Source of the DNA: Thermoanaerobaculia bacterium
GTDB taxonomy: Bacteria > Acidobacteriota > Thermoanaerobaculia > UBA2201 > DAOSWS01
Reading direction: 5' to 3'
Length of the DNA: 64,000 bases
NCBI GenBank assembly: GCA_035593605.1
Contig: DAOSWS010000011.1
Coordinates: 28,304-92,303 of the forward strand
Shown: in pieces, positions 50,027-59,785 of the stretch
Layout of the letters: every line of letters begins with the position of its first letter
Numbering within the stretch: position 1 is the first letter of the stretch
Translations under genes and position numbers: made by a program
Notes under the pieces: model-generated
Seen by the model: only the letters and a program-made list of their open reading frames with translations
Databases searched by the model: none
What the model was told of the DNA's origin: nothing

Positions 50027-51934
50027 ATGATCTCCCATAAGCTCATGTTGGAAAGTCTTCGTGACTCTGAGCGGAGATTCAGAAACATCGTTAACGAAGC
50101 CCCTATGGGCATGCAGATGTTCAAACTCACGTCATCCGGTGAGCTTATCCTTATGGGCGCCAATCCTGCAGCAGACTGCATTCTCGGAGTCGTTCACGAC
50201 AATCTGATTGGAAAACCGATCCTGGAAGCCTTTCCGGGCCTTTCAGATACATCTCTGCCCGATACCTATCTGAAGATCGCCAGAGAGGGAACCCCGCTCA
50301 AGGTGGAGCATATTGAAGAACAGGATGGGTCCATTGTCAAAGCGTGCGAAATTCATGCCTTCCAAACCTCTCCCGGGATTGTCGTGGCCACAATTCTCAA
50401 TGTTACGGATCGAAAAAGAGCAGAAGCTGAATTGCAGCGAACCCGTGCGGATATTGAAGCAACGGTGGAGAAACGAACCCGGGAACTTGCACGGGCCAAT
50501 CAGCAGTTGAATCTTGAGATCGAAGAACGCCAGAGGGCTGAAACCACACTGCGATTCAAAACCACTCTATTGAAGGCTCAGTCCGAAACCTCGATCGAAG
50601 GGATTCTTGTCGTTGCTCCGGATGGAAGCGTCATTTCCTGCAATTCACAATTTGCAAAATTGTGGAATATTCCTGAGGAAATTCTTTCCACCCGGGATGA
50701 TCAGAAACTCCTGGACCATGTTCAGAGTCAGCTGAAGGACCGGGAGGGATTTCTGGAAAAGGTCCGTGCTCTGTACGGCGACAAAGAACTCTGCAGCCGG
50801 GATGAGATTCCATTCAACGACGGCAGGGTATTTGATCGGTATTCGTCACCTCTCGTAGATGAGGAGGGGCGGTATCATGGACGCGTGTGGTTTTTCCGGG
50901 ACATCACTGAAATGCGGAATGCCGAGCGGGCCCTGACCCAGGCCAAGATCACCCTGGAACAGCTCCTGAGCGTAGCACGTCAGCTGGAAGTTGCTGAATC
51001 CGAAGAGAAGGTTTATGATCTCGTAATCTCTGCAGTACAGAACATCCTGGGATTGAACTACGTTTCGGTCTACTGGATCGAAGTTGATATCCTCCAGCGC
51101 ACAGCCGTATCGTCCGATCTTTCACTTCTCTCGCCTGAAACGATCTTTTTGAAGGACGTGAAAGATCTTCTTCCCTCCGATGAAGAGGATACGACCTATT
51201 TCGAGGATATCCGCAAGCGCCTGGCGGGCCCTGAACCCTGGCCGGAATTTCGATCTATGATATCGGGACTCCTGGGTGAAGATGCGATTCTCTTTGTCCT
51301 GGCCCGGGAAGAGAGGCTCCTTGGAGAACAGGACCGCGGCACGGTAGCCCTTCTCCTGGGTCACGCAGGAGAAGCCCTGAACCGGTTAAGGCTGGAACAG
51401 GAACTGAGAGACCAGGCCGTGCGGGATCCTCTCACCGGTGTCTACAACCGCAGATATTTCTTCCACATCCTTCAAAAGGAAGTCGAACGGGCCATGAGAA
51501 ATCGAAGACCTCTCGCATTTCTTATGGCAGATATCGATCTCTTCAAGGACATTAACGACCGCCACGGTCACCATACAGGAGATGAAATCCTGAAAGCGGT
51601 AGCTGCTGTAATCCTGAAACGGGTCAGAAAGGTGGACACGGTTGTCCGATACGGCGGAGACGAGTTTCTCGTCATTCTTCCAGATACAGGGGATGCCGTG
51701 GAGGTGGTACGACAGAATATTCTGGACGAAATGAAAAACAATTCCCTGCTCTCGGATATTGCCGGATCCCCCGTCACCCTCTCGCTCGGTGGAGCCTATT
51801 GGAATCCACAAAGTCCGGATTCCCCTGAGGAAGCTCTGAAAAAGGCCGATCAGCAGATGTACAGGAATAAAAAAAGGACCCGCGAGAGCGGGTCCCTGCC
51901 TGGCTTGCCAGAAGAAAAGAACGAAATCGATTAA
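50027..51934 (+). CDS. PAS/PAS/GAF-like sensor diguanylate cyclase (GGDEF)
   Basis: Two PAS-like blocks, a GAF-like middle region, and a C-terminal GGDEF domain (RYGGDEF) with the RxxD I-site region. Confidence 0.85.
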   Translation: MISHKLMLESLRDSERRFRNIVNEAPMGMQMFKLTSSGELILMGANPAADCILGVVHDNLIGKPILEAFPGLSDTSLPDTYLKIAREGTPLKVEHIEEQDGSIVKACEIHAFQTSPGIVVATILNVTDRKRAEAELQRTRADIEATVEKRTRELARANQQLNLEIEERQRAETTLRFKTTLLKAQSETSIEGILVVAPDGSVISCNSQFAKLWNIPEEILSTRDDQKLLDHVQSQLKDREGFLEKVRALYGDKELCSRDEIPFNDGRVFDRYSSPLVDEEGRYHGRVWFFRDITEMRNAERALTQAKITLEQLLSVARQLEVAESEEKVYDLVISAVQNILGLNYVSVYWIEVDILQRTAVSSDLSLLSPETIFLKDVKDLLPSDEEDTTYFEDIRKRLAGPEPWPEFRSMISGLLGEDAILFVLAREERLLGEQDRGTVALLLGHAGEALNRLRLEQELRDQAVRDPLTGVYNRRYFFHILQKEVERAMRNRRPLAFLMADIDLFKDINDRHGHHTGDEILKAVAAVILKRVRKVDTVVRYGGDEFLVILPDTGDAVEVVRQNILDEMKNNSLLSDIAGSPVTLSLGGAYWNPQSPDSPEEALKKADQQMYRNKKRTRESGSLPGLPEEKNEID

Positions 51935-52563
51935 CTCTCCCGTCCAAAAAAGGCATCACGTTCCGTTTCCAGGATTGCGGCATGATCATCTTCTTCTGCC
52001 GCAAGCTCCCTGTAAATATCCTTTTCCACCTCACTCTTCACGATGGCCTGGCACTCCCGGTAAAAATCACGCGTTTTGATTTCCATCTGGATGGCCTTGT
52101 TGTAGAGGCTCCGGATGGATCCCTTCGAGTCGGAAAAATCGATCCCATCCATTAACCAGTTGATAACACTCTCATCGAATCGTCGATCAATATCCAGATC
52201 TTCATGCACGTGATACCGTCGAGCGATCGTGTTAAAGTGCTCGATTTCCTTTTCCATAAAGTCCTTAAAGACTTCCTGAACCTCAGGGTCGGACACCTTT
52301 CCAGCCGCAATGCGGTAGAAATGGTAGGCATTACTTTCGAGCTCCAATCCCTTTTGAATGGGCTCCATCTTTTCATAATCGACATCCTGTGGCTTCTGAA
52401 TTACGGTAAGCTTCCCGCCACAAAGATGGCAACGACCGTAAGGGACGGAAAAACCTTCAGATACCTTTGCGCATTGGTCACACTTCCAGGTAAAGGTAAT
52501 TCCCGCGCAACAGATTGCATCATCATCTACAAATTCGTGGCACTTTGGACACTGGGTAGCCAT
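51931..52563 (-). CDS. Rubrerythrin-like protein with N-terminal rubredoxin-like Cys4 domain (reverse arrangement)
   Basis: N-terminal CPKC...CDQC...CHLCGG, followed by a ferritin-like four-helix region with E..H motifs (ELESNAYHFY, EKEIEHF). Confidence 0.65.
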   Translation of the reverse strand: MATQCPKCHEFVDDDAICCAGITFTWKCDQCAKVSEGFSVPYGRCHLCGGKLTVIQKPQDVDYEKMEPIQKGLELESNAYHFYRIAAGKVSDPEVQEVFKDFMEKEIEHFNTIARRYHVHEDLDIDRRFDESVINWLMDGIDFSDSKGSIRSLYNKAIQMEIKTRDFYRECQAIVKSEVEKDIYRELAAEEDDHAAILETERDAFFGRES

Positions 52564-52573
52564 GGTTTGCCTC

Positions 52574-53983
52574 CTAGTTGAGTTTTAGATAAGAAAGGAT
52601 GCCGGCAGCGGCTCTGCGGCCCGCACCCATGGCCAGAATGACGGTAGCGGACCCGGTGACAATGTCTCCTCCAGCAAAAACACCGGGATAGGATGTCATC
52701 TGCGTGTCGGAATCGACTTCGATGTAGCCCCATTTGTTCAGATTCAGACCCGGTGTGGTCTGGGCAATAATCGGGTTGGCCTTGGTGCCCAGGGCATAGA
52801 TCACCGTGTCCACGTCAAGGAAGTAATTGGAGCCCTCCTTGGGTACGGGACGTCTTCGTCCACTGTCATCCGGCTCACCCAGTTCCATTTTAATGTTCTC
52901 CATCCTGGCCACCCATCCGTTCTCTCCATGAAGAGCAACGGGGGCGGTCAGCCAATGGAACTGAACGCCTTCTTCCATTGCGTGGTGTAATTCTTCGATA
53001 CGGGCAGGGCTCTCCTTTTCAGATCGCCGATACACGATGTAGACGTTTTTCGCACCCAGTCGAAGGGCAATCCTCGCAGCATCCATTGCCGTGTTTCCAC
53101 ATCCAATGACGGCGACATTCTCTCCCATATCCACCGGAGTGTCATATTTAGGGAATTCGTAGGCTTTCATCAGGTTTGCCCGGGTCAGGAATTCGTTGGA
53201 GGAAAGAACACCGTTCAGAGACTCACCCGGAATTCCCATGAACTTCGGGAAACCGGCTCCAGTCCCGACAAAGACGGCATCAAACCCACGCTCGTGAATC
53301 AGTTCGGGAATTGTGAAAATCTTTCCGATGATCCGGTCAACCTCAATCTTAACACCCATTTTTCTGAGGGTATCGATTTCCTGCTGTACGATTTCCTTTG
53401 GAAGTCTGAACTCCGGGATCCCGTACATGAGGACTCCACCCGGAACATGAAGGGCCTCATAGATAACCACCTCGCATCCGGCCTTTGCAAGATCCGCCGC
53501 ACAGGTCAGCCCGGCAGGTCCGGAACCTACGATGGCAACCTTCTTTCCGTTTGGGGTTATCCTGGGGATTTCAACCCACCGGTTCTTAAGGGCCATGTCC
53601 CCGACAAAGCGTTCGAGTCTGCCTATGGCTACCGGTTCCAGTTTCTTCCCCACGATACAACCGGCTTCACACTGAGTTTCCTGGGGACAAACCCGTCCAC
53701 AGATCGCAGGAAGCAGATTTGCATCGGTCAGGATGACATAGGCTTTCTTGAAATCGCCTTCTTCCACTGCTTTGATAAAGGCCGGGATATCAATGCCTAC
53801 AGGACAACCGGGAACACAGAGAGGTTTCGGGCACTGAAGACAACGCCTGGATTCATCCGCAGCATGCGCATCCCTGTATCCGAGCGCAACTTCTTCGAAA
53901 TTTGTCCTTCGTACTTCAGCGGGCTGCTCGGGAATCGGAGTTCGAGTTGGCTGAATTGTCTTAATTGTCTTCTTCTCAGACAT
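52574..53983 (-). CDS. GltD-family NADPH-dependent oxidoreductase beta subunit (NfnB/SudA-like)
   Basis: 2x[4Fe-4S] N-terminal cysteines (CLQCPKPLCVPGCP, CGRVCP) and FAD/NAD Rossmann motifs (VAIVGSGPAGL, VAVIGCGNTAMD). Start moved to MSEKK, preceded by AGGAGG. Confidence 0.85.
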   Translation of the reverse strand: MSEKKTIKTIQPTRTPIPEQPAEVRRTNFEEVALGYRDAHAADESRRCLQCPKPLCVPGCPVGIDIPAFIKAVEEGDFKKAYVILTDANLLPAICGRVCPQETQCEAGCIVGKKLEPVAIGRLERFVGDMALKNRWVEIPRITPNGKKVAIVGSGPAGLTCAADLAKAGCEVVIYEALHVPGGVLMYGIPEFRLPKEIVQQEIDTLRKMGVKIEVDRIIGKIFTIPELIHERGFDAVFVGTGAGFPKFMGIPGESLNGVLSSNEFLTRANLMKAYEFPKYDTPVDMGENVAVIGCGNTAMDAARIALRLGAKNVYIVYRRSEKESPARIEELHHAMEEGVQFHWLTAPVALHGENGWVARMENIKMELGEPDDSGRRRPVPKEGSNYFLDVDTVIYALGTKANPIIAQTTPGLNLNKWGYIEVDSDTQMTSYPGVFAGGDIVTGSATVILAMGAGRRAAAGILSYLKLN

Positions 53984-53991
53984 GATACCTC

Positions 53992-54840
53992 CTAGATCCC
54001 GTGCTTCTTCGTGAGCTGGCATTCATGCTCGTAGAGTTCAAGGGATTTCTTCTCGAATTTCTCAAAGCGTCTCTGTCTCATCATGAGTTCATCAAAATCC
54101 ACCTGGTGACCGTCAAAATCGGGACCATCCACACAGGCGAATTTCATTTCTCCTCCCACCGTGACTCTGCAGCTTCCGCACATTCCGGTACCGTCAACCA
54201 TGATGGAATTTAGAGAAACGATTGTTTTGACACCAAAGGGTTTTGTCACGTCACTGCAGACCTTCATCATAATCAGGGGCCCGATGGCGACCACCAGGTC
54301 CACTTTGATCTCCTCAAGGACGCGCTTCAGAGGATTTGTAACGAGACCCTTTTCTCCGAAGGAGCCATCATCAGTGGTGATGATCAGTTCATCGCTGTAC
54401 TTCCTGAATTTGTCCTCCCAGAAGATCAGATCCCTGGATCGAAACCCGATGATGGAGATGGTCTTGTTTCCGGCCTCCTTGAAGGCGCGAAGCTGAGGAA
54501 ATATCGGGGCGACTCCCAGTCCGCCCCCCACCATGACAACGGTCCCGAAATTTTCGACATGGGATGGAATGCCCAGTGGGCCTACAAAGTTCAGGAGAGA
54601 GTCTCCCTCTTTGAACTCCATCATTTCGCGGGTATCCTTACCCACAGCCTGAATAACAACCGTGATGGTACCTTGCTCCATGTCAAAATCCGCGATGGTC
54701 AGGGGAATCCGTTCGCCGGTTTCTTTATGGCGAACCATGAGAAACTGGCCGGGTTTTGCGGCCTTTGCCATGTCCGGGTCACGGACTTCCCAGAGAAAGG
54801 TAACGGGTGAAAAAACCTCTTTCCGAACAATCGGATACAC
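53992..54840 (-). CDS. PyrK-like FAD/NAD(P)-binding [2Fe-2S] subunit (NfnA/SudB-like)
   Basis: Ferredoxin-NADP-reductase-like fold with C-terminal CGSCRV...C. It is adjacent to the GltD-like subunit, and AGGAGG precedes its start. Confidence 0.8.
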   Translation of the reverse strand: MYPIVRKEVFSPVTFLWEVRDPDMAKAAKPGQFLMVRHKETGERIPLTIADFDMEQGTITVVIQAVGKDTREMMEFKEGDSLLNFVGPLGIPSHVENFGTVVMVGGGLGVAPIFPQLRAFKEAGNKTISIIGFRSRDLIFWEDKFRKYSDELIITTDDGSFGEKGLVTNPLKRVLEEIKVDLVVAIGPLIMMKVCSDVTKPFGVKTIVSLNSIMVDGTGMCGSCRVTVGGEMKFACVDGPDFDGHQVDFDELMMRQRRFEKFEKKSLELYEHECQLTKKHGI

Positions 54841-54949
54841 ATAGCCCTCCTAGATCAGGATTCGATTGAGTATGCCAAACTCGACCGTAAGTGTCAACAA
54901 AAGAAGACTGTGGAAGTGTAGAGGAAGTTCAGTTTCCCGAAGGATTCAG

Positions 54950-55822
54950 CTACCAGGATGGATTCCAGGTTGAAATCGCGCCGGGAATGACTTCGATATG
55001 AGCCGGTAACGTTCCATAGGGATCCCCATCAATTTCCAGATGAGCTCCCTCACACGTTACGATGGAAATTCTCTTCCCTTTTCTGACATTCACATCATTC
55101 CGTCCTGGATGACGGGCCCGATAGAGATCGACCGCCAGCTTGAGAATCGCGGGGTAGGGCCGCCAGGGAAGGGTGACCACCTCCAGAATACCATCTGAGA
55201 TATTTGCCTCGGGGGCAATGGGCATTCCTCCACCAAAGAAACGTCCATTCGCAATCGCGACAACCAGGCTTCGCTCATGCGTATACTTCTCCCCGTCGAT
55301 ACGAAGGTTCAATTCGCATGCTTTAAATTTCAGCGAACAGCGAATGGCCGTAACGATATAGAGAAGAGAGGCGGGAAGATGGGGCACCTTACTCTGAATA
55401 CGCTCCACAACCGCACCGGAAAGACCCGTTGATACAACGTTTAATCCATAGCGGGCTCCGAGATCGCTCTCCACACGAAAACAATCACAGGTAAACAATG
55501 GGGATTGTGTTCCAGCCCTCCTGTGAATATGAAGGCTGCGAATGAAATCGGCTCCTCGACCCCCCGCCAGAAACCCGAGCGACAGGGGAAGCTGAAGCCG
55601 GTACACCACATTGACCGTTTCAGAAAAAGTACCATCTCCCCCAAGGATAAGGATACGGGACAAGCCTTTTTCCGCAGCCCGGGTCAGCTCGTCTCTGAGT
55701 TCATCTCGGGATTCTGGAATAACAATCGTCAGCCCGGGAACTTCCCGGCGTGCCCGCTTAACAACCCTTCGCCACGGCCCTCCCCCTTTTGGGTTGACGA
55801 CCAGGAGATCCGCTGTATTCAT
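54950..55822 (-). CDS. Diacylglycerol/lipid kinase catalytic domain protein (YegS/BmrU-like)
   Basis: DAGK_cat motif ILILGGDGTFSETVN. Confidence 0.75.
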   Translation of the reverse strand: MNTADLLVVNPKGGGPWRRVVKRARREVPGLTIVIPESRDELRDELTRAAEKGLSRILILGGDGTFSETVNVVYRLQLPLSLGFLAGGRGADFIRSLHIHRRAGTQSPLFTCDCFRVESDLGARYGLNVVSTGLSGAVVERIQSKVPHLPASLLYIVTAIRCSLKFKACELNLRIDGEKYTHERSLVVAIANGRFFGGGMPIAPEANISDGILEVVTLPWRPYPAILKLAVDLYRARHPGRNDVNVRKGKRISIVTCEGAHLEIDGDPYGTLPAHIEVIPGAISTWNPSW

Positions 55823-57156
55823 TCGGAAATGACGAGATTTCTACCCCGGGCCTTTGCCTGGTAGAGGAGACGATCAGCACGGGCGAGCAACTCATCCGGA
55901 CCATGATCTCCCATGGAGAGGGATGCTACACCGATGCTGATCGAACAGCGAATCGAGGCAGCTTCCCCGGGAAAATCAAAGCCTTCGATCGACGCACGGA
56001 TTTTTTCCGCCACCTCCCTGGCTCTGTCAATCCCGGTATGGGGGAGCAGCAAAACAAATTCCTCGCCCCCGTAACGGGCGACAATATCGGAAACCCGTAC
56101 CTTTACCGTCCGCAGGATCAGGGCGGCCACCTCCGAAAGAACGACATCCCCCTGCTGGTGGCCATACCGGTCGTTAATTGCTTTAAAATAATCCAGGTCC
56201 ATCATGCACAGTGACAGCGGGTAACTGTACCTTTTGGCCCGTTCAAATTCCGAGACAAACCTCTGCCGGAAATCACGCTTGTTACTGATTCCGGTCAATT
56301 CGTCGGTAACAGCCTGCTGGTGTATTTTCTCCATCGCATTTATGTTGATACATGCGAGAGAGATCTGAGAGCTGAGAACATCGAGGACCTGTTTCTCATC
56401 CGCAAGAAATGGGGAATCACTGAGTCGAAACAGCGCCAGCAGACCCGGTGTCATCCGATCCCGCTCGAAGGAAACGCCGATTCGATCGACAATCGCCTTT
56501 CCCCGGCAGGGCTCCATTTCCTCAAGATCCAGTTCGATGGAAAATTCAGTTGGTACAAAGGGGAGAGCAACAACAAGGTTCATCAGCTCCCGAGCTGAGC
56601 GGATTGCCTCCCTCTTGACTTCAGGAGAAACACCTGTCCGACTGAGAAGGTAAACTTTCAGCTCCGCTCCTACCGTAAGAGCGATGCCAATATCATAATC
56701 CACGGCGGAAAAGAGACGTTTGAATGATTCCAGGAATACTTTGCTGAAGTCCAATTTTTCCAGACTGGTCAGGATGATGGATGCTGTTTCTTCGAGAAAC
56801 ACCATGTGATCGAGGAACCTGGAGATGGACCCTGAGGATTCTGTAACGGGCGAAGTGATCCCTGACGATTCCTCATCGGAGAACCGCTCACGCCATTCCT
56901 CCTCCAGCGTGACAAGATTATTAAAAAAAACGGAAAGCTCTTTTTGTTCCGATACGGGGGGAAGGCTGAACATTTTCTGTCTCCCCTTTTTCTTGACAAC
57001 GAGAATACCCTCCCGGGACATACGGTTCACGAGTTCCTTTATGGTTTCACGATCCGTATCAAATCGTTCACGAATAATTTTTTCCGGTACCGGATCGTTT
57101 GAATAATCAACAATAAAAGCGACAATTTTCAGAGGGCTGATTTCCGACGGTTTCAC
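55819..57156 (-). CDS. GGDEF diguanylate cyclase with N-terminal winged-helix-like and uncharacterised sensor region
   Basis: C-terminal RYGGEEF. It overlaps the downstream kinase gene by 4 nt. Confidence 0.8.
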   Translation of the reverse strand: MKPSEISPLKIVAFIVDYSNDPVPEKIIRERFDTDRETIKELVNRMSREGILVVKKKGRQKMFSLPPVSEQKELSVFFNNLVTLEEEWRERFSDEESSGITSPVTESSGSISRFLDHMVFLEETASIILTSLEKLDFSKVFLESFKRLFSAVDYDIGIALTVGAELKVYLLSRTGVSPEVKREAIRSARELMNLVVALPFVPTEFSIELDLEEMEPCRGKAIVDRIGVSFERDRMTPGLLALFRLSDSPFLADEKQVLDVLSSQISLACININAMEKIHQQAVTDELTGISNKRDFRQRFVSEFERAKRYSYPLSLCMMDLDYFKAINDRYGHQQGDVVLSEVAALILRTVKVRVSDIVARYGGEEFVLLLPHTGIDRAREVAEKIRASIEGFDFPGEAASIRCSISIGVASLSMGDHGPDELLARADRLLYQAKARGRNLVISE

Positions 57157-57382
57157 AGGGCACCATCTCCCAAAATGGGGAAAACGGGCAGGAGAAATGA
57201 TGCAGAACCCCGGATCACCTGGCGTGAACCGGTTCTTACATAGAGATCTGTAACCATGCTTCCGGGGTAGAATCGTTCCATGATTGGATTCAAACTATTG
57301 TATCAGATGGAACGCTCGATGTCCTTCCCTTCGTGTTCGTTCTGTGGTTGGCGCTCTCCGGGACCTGGGGTATGATGAGAAT

Positions 57383-58984
57383 ATGAAACGATTGGTCTCC
57401 TTCCTGTGGATATGCAGTATGTTCTTTCTTTCATGCAACCGGCTCGAGCCTACGGCCACTCTTCTCCTTCAGGATGGCAGGGTTTACACCAACCCCGCAG
57501 AACCTCCCCGGAACCTGGACATCCTGATCACAGGTTCCACCATTTCCAGAGTGGGCTCCGATCTGGAAGCGCCTCCCGGCTGTCGCGTCCTATCCCTCCA
57601 CGGAGCCACCGTCTTTCCTGGCTTTGTTGACGCACATGCCCATCCGGCAGGGTTGGGAAAAGCCATGTCACAGCTGGACCTGAGAGGTGTTCCAAGTCTG
57701 GAGGACCTTGTTGAGCGCACCCGCAGGTATGCTCAAACAATCGATACCGATCACTGGGTTGTCGGACGCGGATGGGATCAGAATCTCTGGAAAAACCCGG
57801 AGATGCCGGATAACCGGCTTTTATCGGAAGAAATCACGGATCTACCCGTCTTTCTGGAACGTGTTGATGGTCATGCTGCCCTCGTAAACCAAAAGGCACT
57901 TCATCTTGCCGGGATCGATGCCGATACACCTTCTCCCGACGGCGGGGAAATTCTTAAGGATCAGCAGGGCATCCCCACAGGAATTCTGATTGACAGGGCC
58001 CAGGAGCTGGTTGAAATGCTTATTCCTCCTCCAACGATCGAAGACAGGATGGATCACCTTCGGAAGGCTATGGATTTCTATGCCTCCCTGGGTGTCACGT
58101 CTGTTCATGATGCGGGTGTAGATGAAGTGATCCTGGATGCCTATTTCGCTCTCGCGCGAGAGGGAAAGATGAAGGTATTTTCCAATCTCATGCTGGATGA
58201 TAATCCGAAACTCCTGGACTCCTGGTTTCAAAGAGGTCCCTATGAAGATCGATGGTTACGGATCAAAACTATCAAATTATACGCAGACGGGGCTCTGGGA
58301 AGCCGGGGAGCCTGGCTCCATGAATCCTACAAAGATCGCCCGGGATACATGGGCCTGATGGTGACTCCTCTCGAACATATCCGCACCGTATGCGAAATGG
58401 CATCCAGGCACAATTTCCAGGTGGCAACCCATTGCATTGGAGATCGTGCTGTGGACGAAGTGATTACCATTTACGCGGATTCCATCAAAGAAATGGACCC
58501 GAATCCCAGATGGCGGATTGAGCATGCCCAGGTGATTACTCCCGAGGCTCTTCCCGTGTTTCAGCGATGGATGATCTATGCCAGTATGCAACCCTATCAC
58601 TATGTCTCTGACCGTCCCTGGGCCCCGGATCGGATAGGAGACCGGATGGACTATGCCTACGCATGGAATCTCTTTCTTGAAAACCAGATTCCTCTATGCT
58701 TTGGTTCCGATGCTCCCGTCGAATCTCCCGATCCGCTTCAGGGATTTGAGGCTTCCCTGGAAGGACCCCATCGGATTTCTGCCGCTCAGGCTCTCTGTGC
58801 CTACACCTTGACAGCCCAGTCAGCCGGACGCCAGGAAAGGCTTCGGGGACGAATTGAATCGGGGGCCAGTGCGGACATTTCAGTGTTTGACCATGATTTC
58901 GTCTCTGATCCCGCGACCGTGTCCGTGGCCCGATGCCGGCTCACCCTTGCTAATGGTACAATTACCCATGGAGGTGAGTGGTGA
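57383..58984 (+). CDS. Amidohydrolase family protein (YtcJ-like metal-dependent hydrolase), lipoprotein
   Basis: Metal-binding VDAHAHP. Lipobox-like FFLSC after the ATG at 57383. The ORF-track start at 57284 was rejected. Confidence 0.8.
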   Translation: MKRLVSFLWICSMFFLSCNRLEPTATLLLQDGRVYTNPAEPPRNLDILITGSTISRVGSDLEAPPGCRVLSLHGATVFPGFVDAHAHPAGLGKAMSQLDLRGVPSLEDLVERTRRYAQTIDTDHWVVGRGWDQNLWKNPEMPDNRLLSEEITDLPVFLERVDGHAALVNQKALHLAGIDADTPSPDGGEILKDQQGIPTGILIDRAQELVEMLIPPPTIEDRMDHLRKAMDFYASLGVTSVHDAGVDEVILDAYFALAREGKMKVFSNLMLDDNPKLLDSWFQRGPYEDRWLRIKTIKLYADGALGSRGAWLHESYKDRPGYMGLMVTPLEHIRTVCEMASRHNFQVATHCIGDRAVDEVITIYADSIKEMDPNPRWRIEHAQVITPEALPVFQRWMIYASMQPYHYVSDRPWAPDRIGDRMDYAYAWNLFLENQIPLCFGSDAPVESPDPLQGFEASLEGPHRISAAQALCAYTLTAQSAGRQERLRGRIESGASADISVFDHDFVSDPATVSVARCRLTLANGTITHGGEW

Positions 58985-59700
58985 TGCGCTTTCTGTGTCT
59001 CCTGCTTCTGATGATGGCGTGCAGCCCGGCATCTTCCAACCATGAGAGGAAAATGATCGACACTTCAATTCAACAGCGGACAGAAATGGTGGAAGAACAG
59101 ATCATTCGCAGGGGTGTAAAAGATCCCGATGTTCTTCGCGCGATGAAGGTTGTTCCCCGACACAGGTTTGTACCGGAAAACTTCAGGGCCGAGGCCTATG
59201 CCGATTACCCGCTTCCTATTGGGGAAGGTCAGACCATTTCCCAGCCCTATATCGTTGCCCGGATGACGGAATTGCTTCATGTAAATAAAGGAGACCGCGT
59301 TTTAGAGGTTGGAACAGGATCGGGCTATCAGGCCGCCATTCTGGCTGAGATGGGTGTGGAAGTCTATACCATTGAAATATTGCCAAGTCTTGCACGCCAT
59401 GCAAAGGAAATTCTAGCCTCTTTGAACTATCCCAACGTCACGGTCCTGGTCGGTGACGGGTATAAGGGATACCCTGAAGCGGCGCCCTACGACGGGATCA
59501 TCGTCACGGCAGCTTCACCCAAGATTCCTGAACCGCTCCTTCAACAACTCAAGGTCGGAAAAAGAATGGTAATTCCCGTTGGGCGATATGTTCAGGAGCT
59601 CAAAGTGGTCACAAAGGAAGAGGGCGACGCCATGGTTCAGGATGTCATTCCGGTTCGTTTTGTTCCCATGATCGGAGAGGTCGAACGGACTGAAGAATAG
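58984..59700 (+). CDS. pcm: Protein-L-isoaspartate O-methyltransferase with signal/lipoprotein-like leader
   Basis: SAM motif LEVGTGSGYQAA, plus TISQPYIVARMTELL. Its ATG overlaps the upstream stop as TGATG. Confidence 0.85.
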   Translation: MRFLCLLLLMMACSPASSNHERKMIDTSIQQRTEMVEEQIIRRGVKDPDVLRAMKVVPRHRFVPENFRAEAYADYPLPIGEGQTISQPYIVARMTELLHVNKGDRVLEVGTGSGYQAAILAEMGVEVYTIEILPSLARHAKEILASLNYPNVTVLVGDGYKGYPEAAPYDGIIVTAASPKIPEPLLQQLKVGKRMVIPVGRYVQELKVVTKEEGDAMVQDVIPVRFVPMIGEVERTEE

Positions 59701-59785
59701 GCCTGCCTGATTGGAAAGGCCACAATATCCTCCATGTAGATGGGCGATGCAATCCTGACTCCATCCCGGGACACAGAAATATGGG

